The notes under the pieces were generated by a model. That model did no database searches. It was not told the DNA's origin and was given only the letters and a program-made list of their open reading frames with translations. Below, piece by piece: positions 31,984-41,869 of a stretch of 64,000 nt of DNA. The position numbers and the translations under genes were made by a program. Origin of the DNA: Epithemia pelagica (lineage: Eukaryota; Protista; Bacillariophyta). The stretch spans positions 4,774,001 through 4,838,000 of the forward strand of contig OX337228.1 of NCBI GenBank assembly GCA_946965045.2, read 5' to 3'. The number at the start of each line of letters is the position of its first letter. The first letter of the stretch is position 1.

Positions 31984-34900
31984 GTCGGTCAATCCCTCCG
32001 GCAGAGGACGAAACAGTCAAGGACGCGGAGGACGAGGGCGAGGACGAGGAGGCCGTGGTAACGGTCAACAATCAAACAGCCCCAAGTTTCAAGGCCAAGA
32101 ACCGACACTCAAGGAGTGCGTGTTCGACTATTCAGAAGATCCGCAATCGAAGCGGTATCTCAAGAACGTGGAGCATCTTGTGGGTTACATCGGATCAAAT
32201 TTCACCAGTTACAATTCCGAATTCCAGCAGTCAGTAGAAGATCTACAACTAAACGAGCCCGAAGAGGTCAAACCACCGAAAGACTCCACAGACACGATAG
32301 CCATGGAGGAATGGAAAATGAAATACAAGATGCGTGCCGAACAAGAAAGGGAATACCGAACCTTTCGAGCCGCCATGTTCAGTCTCATCCTGGGGCAGTG
32401 TACCCAGTTGATGAAAGACAAGCTGCAGGCGAAACCCACCTACGACGATATTAAAAAAAAGCGGGATGGAATTGCTCTTCTTGCTTTAATCAAGCAAACC
32501 ACCTTCACCTACGACTCGGGCAGAATCTATCCTCTCGTCGGTCGGGACAAGTTGAAGGAAGAATTCTACACCATGCGACGACGCAACAACCAAAGCATCC
32601 ATAGTTACTATGAGGTGTTTAGGGCCAAGGCCCAAGTGCTACAGGAATTGGGAGTTCTGCTTTACGATGAAGACTTGCTACAGAAAGTGGCGACCGATAA
32701 CAACAGATCCGGAGCCCCAACCAAAGAAGACAAAGAAGAAGCACAACAACGGTGCCTAGCTATACGTTTCATTCGTACGTGTGGAGCTCGGGAATACGAA
32801 TCGCATCTCCAGAACACATATCTGGACAATCAAAACTACTACCCCAAAACATTAGCTGACGCACGGGCGATCATCGACAATCGCATGCAGTACGTCATTC
32901 GACAACAACAACAAAACACACAGGACAGCAATGCCACCGGAGTGGCCTATCACACAAGAGAGCAAGCCACCCCAGATGATACCTCCACGTTGACAGGAAC
33001 AACCATGACCACGACAGGGCAAACTCAATCGCAGGGACAAGCCAGGAGTGGAACAGACACGAACGGTACAGTTGTTCAGACAAATGACAAGCATGCCAAT
33101 GCCACCTCTAACCACATGTCTTTTTCCGCTTTGCAGTCTAGTATTTCCCCTGAGTGGTTGCTCCTCGACAACCAATCCACCGTCGACATCATACATAATA
33201 AAAACATCCTCGAGAACATTCATACAGCAAGCACTCCCATCACCATCAGCAGCCATGCTGGTCATCGAACCCTACATCAGCAGGCGTTACTCCCGGGATA
33301 TGGTTTGGTTTGGTATGATCCGCAAGGACCAGCCAACATCTTATCCCTACACAATGCACAACATCGATTTCGAATTACATATGATAGTCACAACGGCAAT
33401 CATTTTCAACTACTGGACCCAGCCACAAGCCGTATCAAGCACAAGTTCGTTCAGAGTCCAGAGGGCCTCTTCTATATGAATCTTTCATCACTACATGGTA
33501 GCTTCTTAACCACGGTTAAAGAAAATGAAGCTAAATATACTGAGGATGAGATTCGTAGAGCTAGAGAAGTCCGTGTCCTCCAGGAAAAGATAGGGCGACC
33601 ATCCACCCGGGATCTGATTTATATACTCAATCATAAGCTCTTACCGAACGTCCCATATACCAGCGATGATGTGCGCAGAGCGGAGCGAATTTATGGCACG
33701 GACCTTGGGTCATTGAAAGGAAAGACCACAAGAAGACGACCACCTAAAGTTGATACAACGGAAACGGTTCCCCCACCAATTCAAGCAAAACATAAGGACG
33801 TCGCTTTGGCTATGGACGTGATGCACATCAATGATGTGTCTTTCCTTGTCATGACGTCCCGACTATTCCGTTTCTCCACCATGGACGCCATACCGAACAA
33901 AGACGATGAAACTTTGATCCGATCGATCAAGAAAACCATAGCTGTTTTCCGCAGGGGCGGCCTCAGACCCCGAATTTTAATGGCTGACGGCGCATTCACC
34001 AGCGACGAAATGGAAGCCGGAATGAGTAATCTTGGGTTGAAACTCAACACCACAGCCCGAGATGAACACGTGGGTGATATTGAGCGACACATACGAACGG
34101 TGAAAGAACGAGTCCGAAGTGTTTACGCGTCCTTGCCATTTCCAACACTGCCCAAAGTAATGCTGATCGAGCTAGCAAAGTTTGCCACATTTTGGCTGAA
34201 CGGTCTGCCAAACCAGAACAATCAACTATCCATCACACAAAGCCCCCGAGAATTGGTGACTGGTGAGACGGTGGATTTCAACCGCCATTGTCGATTCGAG
34301 TTTGGCGAGTACGTTCAATGCCACGAACAGCATTCGAACAACATGGATCCACGCACCATTGGCGCCATCGCATTGCGACCAACAGGCAACCGACAGGGCA
34401 GTTATTACTTCATGAGCCTTGAAACAGGGAGAATTATCACACGAAACCACGCAACTCGGCTGCCTATGCCAACTGAGGTTATTCAGCGAGTAGCCAACTT
34501 GGCCGCTTCTCAACAAATGCAGCCAGGACTGGCATTCGGAAACAGGGACAATCGTATTCTTGCCCTTGATGATGACAACCCCATATACGAGGACGAGGGA
34601 AGTGTGTACCAAGATAATGAGGACGATGATGAAGCTCTCCGCTACGATGACGAGTATATCGACGGGGAACTTGATTCAATCCACGAGGATCCGAATGAAG
34701 GTCCATTGGATGAAGATTTTGTGGAAGAGCCATTGGAAAATCAAGGAGTGGACGGTGACGAGGCCCCGGAGAACCCAGGAGTGGGATTCGGAGTGATGGA
34801 TATGGATGATATGGATCAGGATGATGGTAACGAGGAGGAACAAGGGGAAATATTAGACGAGGGGAATGGACATGTTGATGACCTGATGCAACCGGATCCA

Positions 34901-36787
34901 ATGTGGCCGTTCGAGGAAGAAGAGCCGGCACAGGACGGACAAGAGCTCGAACAAGTGACAGGTACAGCGGTGGAGAACAACGAAGAGATGGAGATCGTTT
35001 TCGAACAACAACCAACCGAGCAAGCAGCGGTATCCGAGGTAGAGGAGTCTGATTCATCGACGTCTTCTTCTTCTAGTGAGTCAGGATACAACTTGAGGCC
35101 TAACAGGGAAAGGAGCTATGCTCATCGGTATGGGCATACTTTCGCAGCCGTGGATACTCTACCAAAGGGACGGTATGATGGGTACCTACTCAAAGGTGTC
35201 CTGTACCTCATTGATGCTGAAACTAATCAAGCGACCCCACAAATGTCCATGCGGATGGGCATTAAGTTATTTGGGGATAAAGGGCGCGAGGCTGTCAAAA
35301 AAGAGATTCGACAGTTGCATGAGCGAGGTGTCCTAAGAGGGGTTCATAAGACGGACCTGAGTTGGGAACAAATCAAAAAAGCACTCAACTACCTTATGTT
35401 TCTAAAACGCAAAAGGTGTGGAAAAATCAAGGGCAGAGGCTGTGCCGATGGACGAAAGCAGCGAGATTACATAGAGAAGGAGGATGCTGCGTCACCCACC
35501 GTTGCGACAGAGGCGGTTTTCATCACGGCTGTAGTGGACGCAGTCGAGAAAAGGCATGTCGTCGTCGCCGATATACCAGGGGCTTTCATGCACTCAGACA
35601 TGGACCCAAATGTGCACATGCGCATTGAGGGTCTCATGGCTGAGCTGCTACTGGAAGTGGACCCTGATATGTATACCAAATTCTTGGTATATGAAAACAA
35701 GAAGCCCGTCATATACGTCGAAATGCTTAAGGCGTTATATGGGACCTTGAGAGCAGCCAGACTATTCTGGATCAAGCTGAGCGGAGTCCTGAAAAGTTGG
35801 GGCTACACTATCAATCCCTATGATGCCTGCGTGGCGAACAAGATTATAAACGGGAAACAGTGTACTATAACATGGCACATCGATGATCTAAAGATATCTC
35901 ACGTGGATCACAAGGTCGTGGAAGCATTTGTATCTGATCTACAAACAGAGTTTGGCAAATTGGGTGACATTTCAGTGTCCCGAGGATCACGACACGACTA
36001 TCTGGGCATGTTTCTCGACTATTCCGAAGAAGGAATCCTCCAGGTTGACATGCGGCCCTACATTAAAACCATTCTGGCTGGGGTACCACCAAACATGTTG
36101 GGGAAAGCACAAACTCCCGCTGCGAATCATATCTACCACATCAATGAGGACGCTGAGAAACTATCCGAACATGAAGCAGACCGTTTCCATAGCATTACGA
36201 TGCAACTGGCCTATCTAGCGCATCGTGGTCGTCCTGACATCAGGACAGCAGTATCTTTTCTAGCCACAAGAGTATCGACGCCTGATAAGGATGATTATCG
36301 GAAGCTTGCCAGGGTCATCAAGTATCTGCAAACAACAATCAATTTAGTATTACGTTTGGAAGGGACGAACGACTGGATTGTGAAATGGTGGGTGGATGCA
36401 TCTTATGCAGTGCATCCGAACACAAAAGGACACACTGGTGGCTGTATGACGCTTGGTAAAGGAACTGTCATTGGATTCTCAGCAAAACAAAAGTTAGTGG
36501 CTAGAAGCTCAACGGAGTGTGAACTCATTGGTATACATGACGTGATGCCCACGTTATTATGGACAAGAAATTTCATGGAAGCACAAGGACTACCTATCAA
36601 GGATGTTATACTGCACCAAGATAATCAAAGCAGTATCCTACTGGCCAAAAACGGACGAATGTCCAGTTCTAAACGAACCAAACATATCGACGTGCGGTAT
36701 TTCTTCGTCACCGACCGGATCAAAAAGAAAGATCTACGAGTTGAATTTTGTCCCACTGAGCAAATGATTGCGGATTTTTTTTTTTAA
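31949..36787 (+). CDS. Gag-Pol polyprotein (RGG-rich N-terminus, gag, protease, integrase, RT, RNase H); premature TAA near the RNase H end
   Basis: PR WLLLDNQST; IN DVMH..LMADG..EHVGDIER; RT DIPGAF, WHIDDL; RH WVDASYA, SSTECEL, QDNQS. Ends ADFFF*, where ADFFTKPLQG is expected, and the frame continues as PLQG. Confidence 0.95.
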   Translation: MSSSQPRPDQTESVNPSGRGRNSQGRGGRGRGRGGRGNGQQSNSPKFQGQEPTLKECVFDYSEDPQSKRYLKNVEHLVGYIGSNFTSYNSEFQQSVEDLQLNEPEEVKPPKDSTDTIAMEEWKMKYKMRAEQEREYRTFRAAMFSLILGQCTQLMKDKLQAKPTYDDIKKKRDGIALLALIKQTTFTYDSGRIYPLVGRDKLKEEFYTMRRRNNQSIHSYYEVFRAKAQVLQELGVLLYDEDLLQKVATDNNRSGAPTKEDKEEAQQRCLAIRFIRTCGAREYESHLQNTYLDNQNYYPKTLADARAIIDNRMQYVIRQQQQNTQDSNATGVAYHTREQATPDDTSTLTGTTMTTTGQTQSQGQARSGTDTNGTVVQTNDKHANATSNHMSFSALQSSISPEWLLLDNQSTVDIIHNKNILENIHTASTPITISSHAGHRTLHQQALLPGYGLVWYDPQGPANILSLHNAQHRFRITYDSHNGNHFQLLDPATSRIKHKFVQSPEGLFYMNLSSLHGSFLTTVKENEAKYTEDEIRRAREVRVLQEKIGRPSTRDLIYILNHKLLPNVPYTSDDVRRAERIYGTDLGSLKGKTTRRRPPKVDTTETVPPPIQAKHKDVALAMDVMHINDVSFLVMTSRLFRFSTMDAIPNKDDETLIRSIKKTIAVFRRGGLRPRILMADGAFTSDEMEAGMSNLGLKLNTTARDEHVGDIERHIRTVKERVRSVYASLPFPTLPKVMLIELAKFATFWLNGLPNQNNQLSITQSPRELVTGETVDFNRHCRFEFGEYVQCHEQHSNNMDPRTIGAIALRPTGNRQGSYYFMSLETGRIITRNHATRLPMPTEVIQRVANLAASQQMQPGLAFGNRDNRILALDDDNPIYEDEGSVYQDNEDDDEALRYDDEYIDGELDSIHEDPNEGPLDEDFVEEPLENQGVDGDEAPENPGVGFGVMDMDDMDQDDGNEEEQGEILDEGNGHVDDLMQPDPMWPFEEEEPAQDGQELEQVTGTAVENNEEMEIVFEQQPTEQAAVSEVEESDSSTSSSSSESGYNLRPNRERSYAHRYGHTFAAVDTLPKGRYDGYLLKGVLYLIDAETNQATPQMSMRMGIKLFGDKGREAVKKEIRQLHERGVLRGVHKTDLSWEQIKKALNYLMFLKRKRCGKIKGRGCADGRKQRDYIEKEDAASPTVATEAVFITAVVDAVEKRHVVVADIPGAFMHSDMDPNVHMRIEGLMAELLLEVDPDMYTKFLVYENKKPVIYVEMLKALYGTLRAARLFWIKLSGVLKSWGYTINPYDACVANKIINGKQCTITWHIDDLKISHVDHKVVEAFVSDLQTEFGKLGDISVSRGSRHDYLGMFLDYSEEGILQVDMRPYIKTILAGVPPNMLGKAQTPAANHIYHINEDAEKLSEHEADRFHSITMQLAYLAHRGRPDIRTAVSFLATRVSTPDKDDYRKLARVIKYLQTTINLVLRLEGTNDWIVKWWVDASYAVHPNTKGHTGGCMTLGKGTVIGFSAKQKLVARSSTECELIGIHDVMPTLLWTRNFMEAQGLPIKDVILHQDNQSSILLAKNGRMSSSKRTKHIDVRYFFVTDRIKKKDLRVEFCPTEQMIADFFF

Positions 36788-36866
36788 CCGCTGCAAGGTC
36801 GTCTGTTCTATCAATTGCGGGACCTCATCATGAATATCGCTCCTCATAGCGAATACCATTCGTCAC

Positions 36867-36875
36867 GAAGGAGTG
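36867..36875 (+). promoter_or_regulatory. Polypurine tract of the retrotransposon
   Basis: GAAGGAGTG immediately 5' of the 3' LTR TG. Confidence 0.7.
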
Positions 36876-37089
36876 TGTTGAAGGATGTCCCGTCTGGGGT
36901 CGCATCAGGAACGATAAAAGCGACTGCCAGCAAAGCAACTGGAATGGCAGATGGAGCCGAATGGGGCGAAGTGCAACGACGTGGCAGGAAAACCAACGAA
37001 AAGGACAACGAAGCTCATTCTAAGGAGAATACGTAACTTGTTAACGATATTGTTGCCTTTACAGCACGGTGTAGTTGCAGGTTTCAACA
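36876..37089 (+). repeat. 3' LTR (214 bp)
   Basis: Copy of 31005-31218 with one substitution; followed by TSD ATCAT. Confidence 0.98.
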
Positions 37090-37532
37090 ATCATTGATAT
37101 TAGCAACGATAGTACTGCACTCTCTCTCTTTTACTCCAGCTAGCGAATGAAGAAATCGCAACACAACAACAACAACGGGAACATTATAATGATGCCGACT
37201 CTCTTGCTCCTCTGCTTTAGCAAAACGCAATCATCATAGAAGTAAAAAAATGAACACTCTCACGATCCTCAAACACTGACGAGTAAACTCATAATCTGCT
37301 TATCGCGTGGACGGAGTCTTGTTCTAGTAGAAACCCGAATATATCAAACTGGTAGCCTAGACCAAAGGTGCCCTTAACCAAGAGAATCAACTGTCTCACA
37401 TGAAGCTCAACCGTATTGCTGCTTATGGACATCTTACATGCAAGTGAACGCATTTATGCAGTTTGTTTTTGAGTCATGAACAGAAGCTAGTGTTGTTGCA
37501 AGAGGGAACCGGATATAGGAACACGAAAAGTT

Positions 37533-38328
37533 TTAGTTCAAGAACTGGGACAACCACTTAAATCCATCAGCATATCCCATTCTTCGAAGAACACTGCACA
37601 TGTACAATTCGATAGGTCGTACATTGGAATTAGGATCCGGTCCCTTGTCTTTGCCGTAAGTTTCGACAAGTCCAAGCGCGTATTTCAATTCTTCTTCACC
37701 CGCTGCCGTGGGGAGATCAATTTTGTTTCCCAGAACCAAGAAGGGGACATCTTGCAATTCCTCAGACGTCAACAAAGCATCCAACTCTTTCTTTGCTTCT
37801 GGGAACCGACCTCGATCAATGGAGTCCACCAAGTACACTACGCCATCGACAGTCGTGAAATAATCCTGCCACAAACGACGTGCAGTTTCGTGACCTCCAA
37901 GATCAAATGTCTTGAACTTAATATTTCCAATGATCAACTCATTTGAATTGGGGTGCAGAGTGGGTTCGTGAACCTTCACACGGTTCTCTTTGAGCATATG
38001 CAACAAAGTTGTCTTTCCAGCATTGTCGAGTCCCAAGAACAGAATCTTTGCGTTCTTGTGATACAGCCCTGACCGTTGATACCATTGAGAAATACAATTA
38101 GACTCTGCAATCATTGAACTGAACGCCATACACAAAGCGGCGTGTAGTAGACAAACCGAAACGTTGCGGAAGAGTCATTCACGAATATGCATGAACTGAA
38201 ATGAATCAAATCGCCAGAAAAGTCGCCTTCGTCCCGATCCGTCGACTGTTTTCCCTCACGAAATCCGTAAGCTCTTAGGACTCACCTAGGCTCGCAAGAG
38301 CGCTATACCACCAGTCAACAAGAAACAT
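37533..38328 (-). CDS. SAR1: Small GTPase SAR1 (COPII); exons 38328-38286 and 38068-37533 (192 aa)
   Basis: [46 protein letters not shown]; intron GTGAGT..CAG 38285-38069. Confidence 0.97.
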
Positions 38329-38558
38329 TTTGCTTTTCGGTCAATGCCGAGTTGTTTGTGGAGATTTGAGACTTGCGACAGAAGGCGTGTGGGACGTGGG
38401 TGTGACGGTGCTTGGTTGTAACGGGCGAGTCAGGCGGAATGACCCCACACATTAAAGCCGACCCAGGAGCGACTGACTTACCGCGTTTTTGTCGCTGATT
38501 TACACGTCACACAAAAGAGCGATAAGAATTTGTGTTGACGGAATGACCATGGCGAAAA

Positions 38559-39749
38559 ATGAATTCTAACAAAGGTATCGATGAGAAACAAATAGAAGCT
38601 TCCGACTGGCAGCTTCAACGCGACGAGGCCAAAGCGTCGGGTGACACTGCTTTTCGTGCAAGAGACTTCACCAAGGCCATTCAGGAATACTCAACGGCAC
38701 TTTCTGTGGATCCAGATAATGCTACAATTTTGTCCAATCGATCGGCCGCCTACTTGCAAAACAACGAGAAATCAAAAGCTTTGCACGATGCACAAAAATG
38801 TGTGAATCTGGGAACAATGGGAGTCAAAGGACAAAGTCGTCTGGCTGCAGCACTTCAAGCACTGGGGCGCTTCGAAGCTGCCCACAGGGAATGGAGAAAA
38901 ATATTGGAATCCGATCCAAATCACACTGCTGCCCTCAAAGGAACTTCAGACTGTCAAAAGGTCTTAAACGAAACGGACGAGAAGCTTAAGAAAGATCAGG
39001 AAGAGAAGAATGACCAAAACGTAAAACAGAACGAACCTATTGACGAATTGGACGACTTCTTTAATGATGTCGATGAGGCCACCGAAGCAATCGCTCGTCA
39101 AAAGCAAGAGGAGGTTCAGGAAAAGCCAACAGAAGCTATCAAAGCTCATAAAAAAGATTTGGGAACCGCCAAAGATCAAATAGAGCGTTTGTTGGCATCC
39201 AACTACAAATGGCGCAACCTCAACCCGTTCTATGTTCTCGATATCAGCCACACGGCCACTGAAGAGGAAATTTCACGTCGCTACAAAGCTTTGTCCCTAC
39301 TCCTTCATCCAGACAAGAATCGAGGTAACCCACGGGCCCAGGAGGCTTACGATGAGGTTCTCCAGGCGAAGGCAAAGCTCAATGATGAAAATAAAGCGAA
39401 TCACTCGCGACAATTGGCTGAACAGGGTATGAAGCAAGGAAAGCTGGACTGGCAAGAACAACAACAACAACAACAGAGAATCACATCTGAACACATCGAT
39501 AGTTCACTTGAAGGGTTTCAGTCTAGAGCCATCCAACGTATTTTTGCGCTGGTGGAACATAAACGGAGAGAAGTGGAGGACCGACACCGGAAACAGGAAC
39601 AGCGCGAGCGCCAACAGGAGGAGGATGTCCTTACAAAAGAGCGAGAAACACGTAAATTCGACAAAAAATGGAAAGAGGAAGAGCGTGTGGACAAACGCAT
39701 AGGGAATTGGCGAGATTTTCAAAAGAAAAAGAAAGTCAAGCCATCTTAG
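38559..39749 (+). CDS. TPR-repeat plus DNAJC8-like J-domain protein
   Basis: N-terminal TPRs (AKASGDTAF..YSTAL..LSNRSAAY), QIERLL..NLNPFYVL, HPD motif (LHPDKN), C-terminal RIGNWRDF typical of DNAJC8. Confidence 0.85.
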   Translation: MNSNKGIDEKQIEASDWQLQRDEAKASGDTAFRARDFTKAIQEYSTALSVDPDNATILSNRSAAYLQNNEKSKALHDAQKCVNLGTMGVKGQSRLAAALQALGRFEAAHREWRKILESDPNHTAALKGTSDCQKVLNETDEKLKKDQEEKNDQNVKQNEPIDELDDFFNDVDEATEAIARQKQEEVQEKPTEAIKAHKKDLGTAKDQIERLLASNYKWRNLNPFYVLDISHTATEEEISRRYKALSLLLHPDKNRGNPRAQEAYDEVLQAKAKLNDENKANHSRQLAEQGMKQGKLDWQEQQQQQQRITSEHIDSSLEGFQSRAIQRIFALVEHKRREVEDRHRKQEQRERQQEEDVLTKERETRKFDKKWKEEERVDKRIGNWRDFQKKKKVKPS

Positions 39750-40119
39750 AGCGGTGTATGTTCGCTTGCAGAAACTTTGCAATCAACGAGAATATTGTGA
39801 CTCGTTCGAGTGCTGGCTAATAAAACTTGGCGGCGCTTTTACTGCTAGTAGTACATCAGAAGCATGGGTCACCCACCTCTCATGTATTTTAGCAACGCAC
39901 AAGGCTTCGATCTACACAGCAACTTGCAGCAAGTCAAGGATCATCTCCTTCTCCAACTACTGGGCGAATTTTTTCCTTAGTTTAGTCCCGTTAACTTCGG
40001 GGAACCCTCATATTCTCCATCTGCAGTGCCAATCATCTCCTCGCCCTTCACCTTCACTAGGAACTCGGAACCATATCAGATTCCGACCCTCCTTCGATGG
40101 ATTCTTTCTGTGATGCGAA

Positions 40120-41732
40120 ATGAGAGAAATACTCCTCCGTGCCACAATGCTTCTCGTTTCAACTGCTGCATTTTTACAGAGACCGTCCAGAGGACTTGGT
40201 CTCAATCAGAAGAAATCCCATTCTACGTTTGGATTTCGTAGTTGTTCTGTCCGATTTGCTGAAACCACTGAAAACGACGGCTCGGGAAAATATCAAGAAA
40301 AACAGTGTACAGACGTACCCCATCTTTCTGCTGGAAGCCATAATGTCAATGAAACCTTATCACAGGAAAAACAAAAGTTGTCGAGCTCCAAACGAAGAAA
40401 GAAACCAATTGTTTATCCCCCGCCACCGACTCCATCTGAGTTCCCCGATTGGGCTTTCAAGCCCCGAGACTTCTTCTCCTACGAACTATTGCACCAATCG
40501 ACCAAAAGCCGCGCCCGTGTGGGAAGAATCACCACACCACACGGTATTATTGATACGTACGTTCCAGGCACTCTCTTGTCCAACAATCTTTCTTTGTCAA
40601 GGCTTATTGTGATTGTTTTCTTTGGTGCTCTGCCAGACCTGGGTTTGTTGCCGTTGCAACAAACGGAGCAATTAAGGGTGTGGACTTTCGCGATGCTGAT
40701 GCCAGTGGACAGCAGTTGATTTTTGCTAACACATACCACCTCCTGTTGCATCCTGGACCGGACATCATTGAGGAAGCTGGCGGAATACACAAATATACGA
40801 AACGTGATCGTCCGTTTATCACGGATAGCGGCGGCTTTCAGGTATTCTCTCTTGCTTATAGATCCGTGCATGAGGAACTGGAATCGAAAGGAGAACTGAA
40901 GCGTTCCACAAATCGTATGAAGGATGGCTACCGAATGGATGTAGTGGGCAAAGAGGCCGTGAAAGTCACTGAGGACGGTGTGGTCTTTCGAAGCTACAGA
41001 GATGGGAATAAGTTTCTTCTAACACCAGAGAGTACTGTCCAGGCTCAGAAAAAGATAGGAGCGGACATCATCATTCCATTGGACGAACTACCGGGCTACT
41101 ACACGGACCGAGACACACTCACACAATCTGTGGACAGAACTCATCGTTGGGAGGCTAGGAGTCTTCTGGAACATTTGAAAGACATCCGTAAGCAAGCTAT
41201 GTATTGCGTTGTTCACGGAGGCGTTGATGTAGAGCTACGAAAGAAAAGTGTTGACTACCTCTCCTCCCTTCCGTTCGACGGCTTTAGCATAGGAGGTTCT
41301 CTGGGAAATGGTAGAGAGGAACTCAGGGAGCTTCTCTCCTGGCTAATGCCCATGTTTGAGAGCGATGACCGGTCTCAAAAGCCTCGTCATCTTCTCGGAA
41401 TCGCTGATGAAGAGAGCATACGGAATGCTGTAACGATGGGGATCGACACGTTTGATTCATGCTACCCCACTCGCATTGGTCGGCACGGCACAATCATGAC
41501 ACGGGAAGGCCTACTCAAGATAAAGAATCGAAGTAATGCGCGTGCTTTCGGTCAAAAAATTGATCCGGAATGTACGTGCCCAACATGTCAAACATACGAC
41601 AGGGCTTACCTCTGGCATCTTTTCAAGGCCAATGAACCAAACGCTGTGACTCTTGCTGCGACTCACAACATACATTACATGAACGATCTCATGAAAAGGA
41701 TACGAGATGACATAATGAATGATCGTATTTAA
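40120..41732 (+). CDS. tgt: Queuine tRNA-ribosyltransferase (TGT), bacterial/Chlamydia-like, with plastid-type presequence; exons 40120-40556 and 40637-41732
   Basis: ARVG..TPHGIIDTPGFVAVATNG across intron 40557-40636; NTYHL, TDSGGFQ, HGG, RHLLGI, DTFDSCYPTR, Zn site CTCPTC..H. Confidence 0.93.
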
Positions 41733-41869
41733 AGTGAAGCCACGTGGGAGGAAGCATAATTATGAGGGATAGACATGTCGTACTAGTTGTTGTCTGGTAG
41801 GCATTTCAACTTGTAAGAGTACCTAGCAATCCTCTCTTCGTCGCTACGGACCACCACGAACCACCACTT

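Larger units (their letters stand above)
31005..37089 (+). mobile_element. Full-length Ty1/copia LTR retrotransposon of the diatom CoDi type, recently inserted
   Basis: 214-bp direct LTRs (TG..CA), 5-bp TSD ATCAT at 31000-31004 and 37090-37094, domain order gag-PR-IN-RT-RH, PPT before the 3' LTR. Confidence 0.97.

Noticed and set aside
36815-37036. 73-aa ORF at the 3' LTR (and 67-aa ORF 30962-31165) as separate genes
   Set aside because: They are the in-frame continuation of Pol after the premature TAA, and its copy in the 5' LTR.
37140-37240. ATGATGA (box C-like) on the minus strand at ~37237-37231
   Set aside because: No downstream D box or terminal stem.
38069-38285. Long (217-nt) SAR1 intron as a snoRNA host
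   Set aside because: No CUGA D box and no convincing H/ACA hairpin-hinge layout.
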